From Patescibacteria group bacterium (GTDB lineage Bacteria; Patescibacteriota; Minisyncoccia; Phycocordibacterales; UBA12079): a stretch of 64,000 nt of DNA. Below, piece by piece: positions 20,876-28,797 of this stretch. The position numbers and the translations under genes were made by a program. A model generated the notes under the pieces. It did not search any database, was not told where the DNA came from, and saw only the letters and a list, made by a program, of their open reading frames with translations. The DNA lies in NCBI GenBank assembly GCA_018817595.1, contig JAHITU010000007.1, forward strand, positions 8,775 through 72,774, read 5' to 3'. The first letter of the stretch is position 1; each line of letters begins with the position of its first letter.

Positions 20876-22012
20876 ATGAAAATTATATTAACAGGTGGAG
20901 ATAGCGGAGGACATTTTTATCCATTGATATCCGTTGCTCAAGAAATAAATAATATAGTAATTGAAAAGAAGTTACTAAAACCTAAAATGTATTTTCTTTC
21001 CAATAGTCCATACGATAAAAAAAAGCTTTTTGAAAACGGAATTGAATTCAGAAAAATTTCAGCAGGAAAGTTAAGAAGAAATTTTTCTATTTTAAATTTT
21101 TTTGGTTTGTTTAAAACAGCTTGGGGTTTTATTAAATCTCTTTTTATAGTTTTTAATATTTTTCCAGATATTATTTTTAGTAATGGAGGAAATGTGGCTT
21201 TTCCAGTATTACTCAGTGCTAAACTGTTAAAAATCCCAGTATTCATTCATATTTCTGATTCAGTCCCTGGAAGGACAAATAAATGGGCTTCCAGCTTCGC
21301 TAAAAGAATTTCTTTAGGTTTCCCTGACGCTATTGAATATTTAAAAGTAGATAAAAAGAAAGTGGCTTTATTAGGGAACCCTGTTCAAAAGGAATTAACC
21401 ATTCCTTTAAAAGAAGGAGCAGCTGAATTTTTACATTTAGAAAAAGATATACCAACTATTTTGGTTTTAGGTGGTTCAAGTGGGGCTATGACTATAAATG
21501 ATAATTTAATTGATATTCTCCCTAAATTAACTGAAAAATATCAAATTATTCATCAAACAGGTGTAAAACTATTTGAGGATGTTCAAGGACGAGCAAGAGT
21601 GGTCCTAGGTCAATCTGAAAATAAAGACCGTTACAGAGCTTTCCCGTATTTAGACACACTAGCTATGAGAATGTCAGCTGGTATTTCTGATTTGGTAATT
21701 TCTCGAGCAGGAGCCGGGTCTATTTCAGAGATATCTGTTTGGGGTAAACCAAGTATTATAATTCCTATTCCTAAAGAAGTTAGCGGTGATCAAAGAAAGA
21801 ATGCATTCGCTTATGCCCGAGCAGGAGCTTGTGTGGTTGTAGAACAAGAGAATTTAACTCCTCAATTATTTTTGGCAGAAATTAACCGTTTAATGGAAGA
21901 TAAAGAAAAAATGCAACAATTAAGTGAAAAAGCCAAAGCCTTTTCAGATACAGAAGCAGCAAATAAAATTGCCAATGAATTATTGGATGTAATAATTGAA
22001 CAAAATGAATAA
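20876..22012 (+). CDS. murG: lipid II GlcNAc transferase
   Basis: TGGDSGGHFYP, LGGSSGA, SRAGAGS, DQRKNA. Confidence 0.93.
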   Translation: MKIILTGGDSGGHFYPLISVAQEINNIVIEKKLLKPKMYFLSNSPYDKKKLFENGIEFRKISAGKLRRNFSILNFFGLFKTAWGFIKSLFIVFNIFPDIIFSNGGNVAFPVLLSAKLLKIPVFIHISDSVPGRTNKWASSFAKRISLGFPDAIEYLKVDKKKVALLGNPVQKELTIPLKEGAAEFLHLEKDIPTILVLGGSSGAMTINDNLIDILPKLTEKYQIIHQTGVKLFEDVQGRARVVLGQSENKDRYRAFPYLDTLAMRMSAGISDLVISRAGAGSISEISVWGKPSIIIPIPKEVSGDQRKNAFAYARAGACVVVEQENLTPQLFLAEINRLMEDKEKMQQLSEKAKAFSDTEAANKIANELLDVIIEQNE

Positions 22013-23363
22013 AGAAATAACAGAAAAAATAATAACACGATTACCTCCATCACCTACGGGTTTGTTTCATATCGGAACTGCTCGAACAGCTTTGTTTAAC
22101 TATCTTTTTGCTCGCCAGAACAATGGACAAATGCTTTTTCGTTTGGAAGATACAGATAAAGAAAGATCAAAAAAGGAATTTGAAGTAAATATTATTTCAG
22201 GATTAGAATGGTTGGGTCTAGATTATGATGGAGAAATCACAAAACAATCTGAAAGAACAGAAGTTTACAAAAAATATTTAGAAAAAATGATTGAAGGTGG
22301 GTTAGCGTATATTTCAGAAGAAGAAATAAAAAAAGAAGGTCAAAGAGGTTCTGTTATACGTTTTAAAAATCCAAATAAGGAGGTTATTTTTAAAGACTTA
22401 ATAAGAGGGGATGTAAAATTTGATACCACAGAATTAGGTGATTTTGTAATTGCTAAGTCTTTGGAAGAACCTCTTTACCATTTAACAGTGGTTGTGGATG
22501 ATTTTGAAGGTGAAATAACCCATGTTATTAGAGGAGAAGACCATATTTCAAACACTCCTCGACAAATTTTAATCCAAGAAGCTATCGGAGCAGAAAGACC
22601 TATCTATGCTCACCTGCCTTTGATATTGTCACCAGACAGATCAAAAATGTCTAAAAGACACGGAGCTACTTCCGTTGATGATTACAAGGAAAAGGGATAT
22701 TTGCCCGAGGCTATTATTAATTACTTGGCTTTAATGGGTTGGAATCCAGGAACAGAAGAAGAGATTTTTACTTTGAGTGAATTACTAGAAAAATTTGATA
22801 TCAAAAAAGTAAACAAAGGTGGAGCAATCTTTAACATCGAAAAATTGAATTGGATAAACAAAGAACATATCAAATTAATGCCAGAAGAGGACTTCAAAGA
22901 AAAAGTTTTGGAATTTTCTTCAGAAGAATTAAAAGAAAAATTTGTAAAATACCCTCGAGTTTTTGAAGAGATATTACCAATCATAAAAGAAAGAATTGAA
23001 AAATTTGAAGATGTCACAAAGATGTGTACTGATGGAGAATTTGATTATTATTTCTTTCAACCAGAATACGAGTTAGAAAAAATATTTTGGAAAGATGAAA
23101 ATGATCCATTCGTACTCCGACTACGAATGGAAAAAATTATAGAAATATTAAATTCCGTAGGAGAATTTACAGCTGAAAAAATTAAAGAAGCCCTTTGGGA
23201 TTATGCGACCGAAGAAGGAAGAGGTTCTGTATTATGGCCTTTGCGATACCTTTTGTCAGGCAGAGATAAATCTCCAGACCCTTTTACCTTGTCAGAAATT
23301 TTAGGAAAAGAAGAAACTATCAAAAGAATTAACTATGCTATTGAAAAAATTCAAAAATCTTAA
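22005..23363 (+). CDS. gltX: glutamate--tRNA ligase
   Basis: PSPTGLFHIG, RGEDHISNT, KMSKR. Confidence 0.95.
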   Translation: MNKEITEKIITRLPPSPTGLFHIGTARTALFNYLFARQNNGQMLFRLEDTDKERSKKEFEVNIISGLEWLGLDYDGEITKQSERTEVYKKYLEKMIEGGLAYISEEEIKKEGQRGSVIRFKNPNKEVIFKDLIRGDVKFDTTELGDFVIAKSLEEPLYHLTVVVDDFEGEITHVIRGEDHISNTPRQILIQEAIGAERPIYAHLPLILSPDRSKMSKRHGATSVDDYKEKGYLPEAIINYLALMGWNPGTEEEIFTLSELLEKFDIKKVNKGGAIFNIEKLNWINKEHIKLMPEEDFKEKVLEFSSEELKEKFVKYPRVFEEILPIIKERIEKFEDVTKMCTDGEFDYYFFQPEYELEKIFWKDENDPFVLRLRMEKIIEILNSVGEFTAEKIKEALWDYATEEGRGSVLWPLRYLLSGRDKSPDPFTLSEILGKEETIKRINYAIEKIQKS

Positions 23364-24663
23364 AAAAACAACCTTTTGGAAATACTATGTCCAAATGGTT
23401 TGTGTGATTTTGTTTGTGGGATTAATTTTCCCTTATGGTTTTAGTAATGCTGCTGATATAGAAGAATTGAAATCTAAAATAACAGAAAAGTCTAACGAAA
23501 TGCAGAAACTAGAACAAGAAATTCAAAAATGGGAAGGTGAATTAGAAGTAGTCGGAAAAGAGAAAAAATCATTAAATAACGAAATCTATTATCTTGATAC
23601 CACTGAAAAAAAATTAAAAACAAATATTAATTTAACTAATAATCAAATTTATAGTACTAGTCTAAAGATTGAAAAGTTAGGTATAGAAATTGATGAAAAA
23701 GAAGATGGGATTGAAAAAAATTCCAAAGCCTTAGCCGAAGCAGTTCGTTCTATTCACGAACAGGAATCCTATACTATTTTAGAAACAGTTTTAAAAAATA
23801 AAACAATGTCAGATTTTTGGAATGACTTAGAAGGTTTGCAGAAAGTTCAGTCAGAAATTCAAATAAAAACCAACGAACTTAAAAAATTAAAAGAAGGATT
23901 AGAAACTGATAAAAAAAGTTCAGAAATTCAAAAAAATAATCTATCAAATTACAAAGTTGAGTTAGATGACAGAAAAGTGATAGTAGAAAACACAAAAGAA
24001 GTTAAAAATGAATTATTAGAAGATACTAAAAACAAGGAATCAAATTACCAAAAGATTTTAGCTGAAAAGTTAGCTTTGAAAAAAGCTTTCGAAGCCGAAT
24101 TGGCTCAGTACGAAGAGGCTTTAAGAATAGCTGTTGATCCTCAAAGTATTCCAAATGCCAATAATACTATTTTGGCTTGGCCTCTGGATTCTATCCGAAT
24201 TACTCAATATTTTGGGAATACTCCCTTTGCCACACAGAATCCACAGGTTTATGGTTCAGGAAGTCACAATGGAATTGATTTTGGAGCAAGTACAGGAACA
24301 AAATTAAAAACAGCTTTAAGTGGAATCGTTACAGCTACAGGAAACACCGATGCAGATTGCCCCGGAGCTTCATACGGTAAATGGGTTTTGATTAAACATA
24401 ATAATGGACTTTCAACTCTGTATGCTCATATGTCATTAATTAAAGTAAGTTCTGGGCAAACTGTAGTAACGGGGGATACTATTGGTTATACGGGAAATAC
24501 AGGCTATTCAACAGGACCTCATTTACATTTTACTGTTTATGCAACTCAAGGGGTGAGAGTTCAAAATTATAATTTTAGATCCTGTTCCGGAAAGTCTACA
24601 ACAATGCCTTTAGCTCCTAAAGAAGCTTATTTAAATCCACTTTCTTATCTACCTGAATACTAG
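23335..24663 (+). CDS. coiled-coil M23 peptidase (EnvC/MepM-like)
   Basis: HNGID, YAHMS, GYSTGPHLHF. Confidence 0.88.
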   Translation: MLLKKFKNLKKTTFWKYYVQMVCVILFVGLIFPYGFSNAADIEELKSKITEKSNEMQKLEQEIQKWEGELEVVGKEKKSLNNEIYYLDTTEKKLKTNINLTNNQIYSTSLKIEKLGIEIDEKEDGIEKNSKALAEAVRSIHEQESYTILETVLKNKTMSDFWNDLEGLQKVQSEIQIKTNELKKLKEGLETDKKSSEIQKNNLSNYKVELDDRKVIVENTKEVKNELLEDTKNKESNYQKILAEKLALKKAFEAELAQYEEALRIAVDPQSIPNANNTILAWPLDSIRITQYFGNTPFATQNPQVYGSGSHNGIDFGASTGTKLKTALSGIVTATGNTDADCPGASYGKWVLIKHNNGLSTLYAHMSLIKVSSGQTVVTGDTIGYTGNTGYSTGPHLHFTVYATQGVRVQNYNFRSCSGKSTTMPLAPKEAYLNPLSYLPEY

Positions 24664-24703
24664 TCTTTTGACTTTAAGGACTTTCGACCTTATACTTGTG
24701 CAT

Positions 24704-24802
24704 ATGTTCGATCAAAAAAATCAAAAAAGAATAAAAATCGTTTGGGCAATTTTAGGAATACTAGTAGCAGTCAGTATGGTTCTCGTTTATATACCATTCT
24801 AA
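24704..24802 (+). CDS. 32-aa single-TM small protein (not in ORF track)
   Basis: MFDQKNQKRIKIVWAILGILVAVSMVLVYIPF. Confidence 0.55.
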   Translation: MFDQKNQKRIKIVWAILGILVAVSMVLVYIPF

Positions 24803-24902
24803 ATTTTAGATTTTAAATTTAAAAATTTACTTTGTAAATTTTTCCTAACACCTAAACCTGCCTGCTGGCAGGCAGGTAGCTAACACCTAACAACCTAATA
24901 AA

Positions 24903-25298
24903 GTGTCTTATCTAAATAATAAAAAGAAAAAAACTTACACAAAGCTTTATTCTTGGCTTATTATTTTTGTTTTGTTTGTAATCGTTTTATTTTTAACTAA
25001 AAATGTTTACGGAGTTTTGCAAGGGGAAAGAAAATCTCAGTTAAACAGAGAACAATCAGAAGCTATTCTTAGAGAATTGGAAGAAAAAAGAGATTCCATT
25101 TCTTCAGAGATAGAATATTTAAAAACTGAAAAAGGAGTGGAGACAGAATTAAGAGATAAATTTAGAATAGTAAAACAAGGTGAAGAAATGGCTGTTATTA
25201 TAAATCCTGAAAATGAAGATAAAGATTTATATATTAACGAAAAACAAGGTTTTTTTATCAAAATTAAAGATTTTTTTGGAGATTTAATCAAAAAGTAG
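24903..25298 (+). CDS. septum formation initiator (FtsB/DivIC-like)
   Basis: TM plus coiled coil, ELRDKFRIVKQGEE. Confidence 0.75.
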   Translation: MSYLNNKKKKTYTKLYSWLIIFVLFVIVLFLTKNVYGVLQGERKSQLNREQSEAILRELEEKRDSISSEIEYLKTEKGVETELRDKFRIVKQGEEMAVIINPENEDKDLYINEKQGFFIKIKDFFGDLIKK

Positions 25299-25463
25299 TA
25301 GAATAGTACAATGAGTCGAAAGTCTATAAAGCCTGCCTGCCGGCAGGCAGGTCCGTAAAGTCAAAAGTTATGAATTTTACTTTGTAAAATTCATTTTTGT
25401 CTGACGGCAAGTAATGGTTATAAAAAATTTTTTATATTAATAATTTAATAAAATATAAATAGT

Positions 25464-25697
25464 ATGACAAAAGTAAAAATGTATTCAACTCCAACTTGTG
25501 GTTATTGTAATATGGCCAAAGATTTTCTTGAAGAAAAAGGAGTAGAAGTAGAAGTTTTTGATGTCTCAGTTGATGAAGACAAAAGAAAAGAATTAGTTGA
25601 TAAAAGTGGTCAAATGGGAGTTCCTGTTTTGGAAATAGGAGATGAAATAGTTATCGGTTTTGATCAATCAAGAATTTCTCAACTTTTAAATCTTTAA
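25464..25697 (+). CDS. glutaredoxin-like protein (NrdH/YruB family)
   Basis: YSTPTCGYC, GQMGVPV, GFD. Confidence 0.9.
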   Translation: MTKVKMYSTPTCGYCNMAKDFLEEKGVEVEVFDVSVDEDKRKELVDKSGQMGVPVLEIGDEIVIGFDQSRISQLLNL

Positions 25698-25736
25698 AAT
25701 AAAAAATACAGACACCCGGTGTCTGTATTTTTTAAT

Positions 25737-25798
25737 GCCCTTGTAGTTCAATGGATAGTCGCCTCATCGGCGACCCGCCGAAGAGGCGGGAACAAGAC
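25737..25798 (+). pseudogene. interrupted 5' fragment of tRNA-Arg
   Basis: gcccttgtagttcaatggatag + 32-nt double hairpin + aacaagac. Confidence 0.8.
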
Positions 25799-25840
25799 TT
25801 CTTTGAATTCATAATTTAAAGTATCTTCTTACTAAAATTT

Positions 25841-25912
25841 GCCCTTGTAGTTCAATGGATAGAACAAGACACTCCTAACGTCTAGATCTAGGTTCGATTC
25901 CTGGCAAGGGCA
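25841..25912 (+). tRNA. tRNA-Arg(CCT)
   Basis: full cloverleaf, acceptor GCCCTTG/CAAGGGC, anticodon loop CT-CCT-AA, TTCGATT T-loop; CCA not encoded. Confidence 0.93.
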
Positions 25913-25967
25913 CAAAAGGAGAAATCAGTAGCGATCTAGCTACTGATTTTTCTTTTCTTTTGTAGGT

Positions 25968-26116
25968 CTTGCCAGGAATCGAAAGACGGAGGCGCGAAGC
26001 CAATTTGTGAGCTTGCGAACAAATTGAAGCCGAGTTCGGGTCGAAGGTTCTTATTAAAATTTGAGCTTACGAAAAATTTTAATTAGAAACCTGTGACCGA
26101 TTCCTGGCAAGGGCAC
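25968..26116 (+). repeat. tRNA-3'-associated structured element (Arg copy)
   Basis: antisense of tRNA 3' end 25968-25983, conserved core, sense copy 26098-26116. Confidence 0.85.
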
Positions 26117-26189
26117 TGTAAACAATTATTAAATCAAGATATACACAAATTTTATACTATCAAATGTTCTAATATGCTAAAATTTAAGT

Positions 26190-26504
26190 ATGGATTTAGA
26201 AGACAAAAAAATAATAAGAGAAAATCTTGAGATAGCTAAAGAAAATCAACAGATGATTAAAAAGATGCGTCGTAGCATGTTTTTAAGCAGTCTAACTCGA
26301 GTAATTTATTGGGTTATTATTATAGGGGCCTCTTTTGGAGCTTATTATTTTTTCCAACCTTATTTAGATATGGCAAAAGATACTTATGGACAAATTCAAA
26401 GTGGAGCCGAAGTGGTTACTGGTGGAGTGACAACTACTACTCAAAACACCACTCAAGCCGTTACATCTTTTTTAGATTTTTTTAAAGATTTAGCTGATTT
26501 TTAA
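26190..26504 (+). CDS. hypothetical single-TM protein
   Basis: 104-aa ORF with one hydrophobic segment. Confidence 0.7.
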   Translation: MDLEDKKIIRENLEIAKENQQMIKKMRRSMFLSSLTRVIYWVIIIGASFGAYYFFQPYLDMAKDTYGQIQSGAEVVTGGVTTTTQNTTQAVTSFLDFFKDLADF

Positions 26505-26675
26505 GAATTAATTCTATTTCCGTCTCTGCGACTCAGCACTTTGAATTTTATTACTTACCTTCTTATTATAAATAAATGTTTATTTACATAAACTTTGTTT
26601 ACATTGTTTTAACAAAGTGATGGGGAAGCAGTCCAGAGAATTTAAAAAACAGCTAAAAAGCTGTTTTTTATTTTG

Positions 26676-26872
26676 TGCTGAGGGGCGGGCTCGGTCACGA
26701 ATCACTAAGTCTTTTATTTCGCCCTGCCTACCCCTGCGCGCCGGCAGGCGTGGACAGGCGTGGGCAGGCAGGTTCGCTCATAAAAAACAAAGTGTTCTCA
26801 ACCCCGTCTCGGCTTTTTCTTTTGCTTCGCTCCAGAAAATAGACCTGTGACTTTCGAGCCCGCACGAAAGCA
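26676..26872 (-). repeat. tRNA-3'-associated structured element (Phe copy, with nested GC palindrome)
   Basis: minus strand gcgggctcgaaag...gccgagacggggttgagaacact...agtgattcgtgaccgagcccgcccctcagca. Confidence 0.85.
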
Positions 26873-26936
26873 AAGAAGTTTGCTTTCTCCTTCATCCCAA
26901 AATAAAAAAACAGCTAAAAAGCTGTTTTTTATTTTG

Positions 26937-27009
26937 TGCTGAGGGGCGGGCTCGAACCGCCGACCCTTCGCTCTTCAGGCGAATGCTCTACCAACTGAGC
27001 TACCTCAGC
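26937..27009 (-). tRNA. tRNA-Phe(GAA)
   Basis: GCTGAGG...TTCGC CT-GAA-GA GCGAA...GGCGG TTCGAGC CCGCC CCTCAGC A. Confidence 0.95.
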
Positions 27010-27020
27010 ATATTTTATTT

Positions 27021-27065
27021 TTCTACCTACTGAGCCTGTCTGCCGGTGAGACAGGCAACCTCAGC
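27021..27065 (-). pseudogene. interrupted 5' fragment of tRNA-Phe
   Basis: minus strand gctgaggtt + cctgtctcaccggcagacagg palindrome + ctcagtaggtaga. Confidence 0.75.
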
Positions 27066-27232
27066 ATATTGATATTTATATATCATACCTTATTTATAGA
27101 TTTTTTCAATAATATTTACAAAAATTACATTTGCAAAAAATTTGAAAAAGTTATATTCTAAAAACTAGAAAATAACTTGTAAATTTACATAGACCAAATA
27201 ATCAGATTCTTAGAATTTGAGAGGAGGTTGTT

Positions 27233-27784
27233 ATGTCTAAAAATAATAGGAATGGATTCTATGGATTATGTCCAGCCTGTATGTCTCGTGGCATTTTTAC
27301 TATCAATAAATTAGTTAAGCAACCTATTTTTCCTCCAAAATTTTACGGAAAAAATAAACCTTTTTTGTTTGTTTGCACAAGGTGTGCTAAAGAATTAAAT
27401 TTAATTTTAAACGAAAAGAAAAATAATGTTAAACATACTTATGATTTAACTAAAAAATTTGTTCGGGGAGGACTTTTTAATATTCCTTGGCTAAAGGGTA
27501 AAAATAGCAAGGGGAGAATAGGAAATATTTGTTCTCGATGTTTTAACGCAGGAATAATTCAAAAACACCATGTTCTTCCAATGGAACATTTTGGAAACAA
27601 TCAGTTTGTTTTATATATAGACAAAGATTGTCACGAATTAATTACTAGGGTAATAAATTCAATAGGAAAAATATCAGAAGAACAATATTTTGAACTGCAT
27701 AGAATATTTTTAATTGAAAAATCAGAAAAAGTTCTTTTTGAAACTGCTTCTAGAATGGAAAGAGAGAATTCTATTGCTGCTTAA
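27233..27784 (+). CDS. Zn-binding, HNH-like hypothetical protein
   Basis: CPAC, CTRC, CSRC...KHHVLP...DCHELI; gaggaggt SD. Confidence 0.55.
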   Translation: MSKNNRNGFYGLCPACMSRGIFTINKLVKQPIFPPKFYGKNKPFLFVCTRCAKELNLILNEKKNNVKHTYDLTKKFVRGGLFNIPWLKGKNSKGRIGNICSRCFNAGIIQKHHVLPMEHFGNNQFVLYIDKDCHELITRVINSIGKISEEQYFELHRIFLIEKSEKVLFETASRMERENSIAA

Positions 27785-28263
27785 ATTAACTCTTCAACAA
27801 CCTTTTTAACCAAAGCGCCGTCGACGTCTTCGCCGGTGCTTTTTATTTGTCCTAGTATTGCCCCGATTAAAATTCCCGCTCCTGCCTTGCCGGCAGGCAG
27901 GTTAGTTGCATCTTCTATACCTAATTCTGCTTTTTTAGCAATAGCTATTTCTCTTATTTTTTCTTCACTCATCATTTCAGGTAGGTATTTTTCTAGAATT
28001 TCTAGTTCTGCTTTTTCACTCGCCACTAAATCTTCTCGACCACCTTTTCCATATTGTTCAATAGAATCTTTTCTTTGCTTAACAGCCTTTTTAATTACAT
28101 TTAAAGCGTCTTTATCTTCAATAGGTTCTTGAGGTTTCTTACCTAAAGATATTAATTCATTAGTAAAACCAGCGATAAGACTTTTTAAAACCATTAATCT
28201 AACCTCTTCACGATTTTTCATGGCTTCTTTTAACTCCTCTCTTATTTTTTCTTGTATTTTCAT
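27781..28263 (-). CDS. GatB/YqeY domain protein
   Basis: LKEAMK, KQRKDSIEQY..GGREDL...E..ILEKYLP. Confidence 0.9.
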   Translation of the reverse strand: MKIQEKIREELKEAMKNREEVRLMVLKSLIAGFTNELISLGKKPQEPIEDKDALNVIKKAVKQRKDSIEQYGKGGREDLVASEKAELEILEKYLPEMMSEEKIREIAIAKKAELGIEDATNLPAGKAGAGILIGAILGQIKSTGEDVDGALVKKVVEELI

Positions 28264-28294
28264 TTTTATTTAATAATTAATTTTAATAATATCA

Positions 28295-28322
28295 ATTATG
28301 TTATTATGCATAATAACATAAT
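28295..28322. repeat. 28-bp palindrome downstream of second wHTH gene
   Basis: attatgttattatgcataataacataat; identical copy at 28672-28699. Confidence 0.9.
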
Positions 28323-28339
28323 ACTTTTATTCTTATAAT

Positions 28340-28633
28340 TTATTCTTTTAAATTTAAAATTTTTTCAAAAGAAAGTAAAAAGTGTATACCTTTTTTTGTA
28401 ATTATATGCTCCACAGCAAGTCCATTATATCTTTTATATATAAGACCAACTTTTTCTAATCTTTGAATATGAACAGCTCCTGTTGAGTAATTTATTTTTA
28501 AAATATTTAGAATTTCTTCGACATTTAATTTAGGTTTTTGATTAATAAGAATTAAAATTCTTATTCTTGTTTTGTTGGCAGTAGCTTTTGAAAATAACTC
28601 CAATAATTTTATTTGTTTCCCTGTGAAATTCAT
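28340..28633 (-). CDS. ArsR-like winged-HTH protein (paralog of 2599-2892)
   Basis: 70/97 identical residues by manual alignment. Confidence 0.8.
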   Translation of the reverse strand: MNFTGKQIKLLELFSKATANKTRIRILILINQKPKLNVEEILNILKINYSTGAVHIQRLEKVGLIYKRYNGLAVEHIITKKGIHFLLSFEKILNLKE

Positions 28634-28671
28634 ATTTTATTGTAAATTAATTTGTAATAAAAATATTAACA

Positions 28672-28699
28672 ATTATGTTATTATGCATAATAACATAAT
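28672..28699. repeat. 28-bp palindrome upstream of second wHTH gene
   Basis: attatgttattatgcataataacataat. Confidence 0.9.
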
Positions 28700-28797
28700 A
28701 GTTAATATTATAAAAACTTTTAAACAACTTCCACAGAAACATTTTGAGATATATGTTAAAATTATATTAATTTAACAAATCAACTATTATTTGAAGT

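Noticed and set aside
25841-26116. Prophage or ICE attL/attR at tRNA-Arg (and the other tRNAs)
   Set aside because: The duplications enclose only ~190-260 bp with no genes; treated instead as the small element reported in findings.
26617-26850. 77-aa ORF
   Set aside because: Lies entirely in repeats and the tRNA-Phe element; not credible as a gene.
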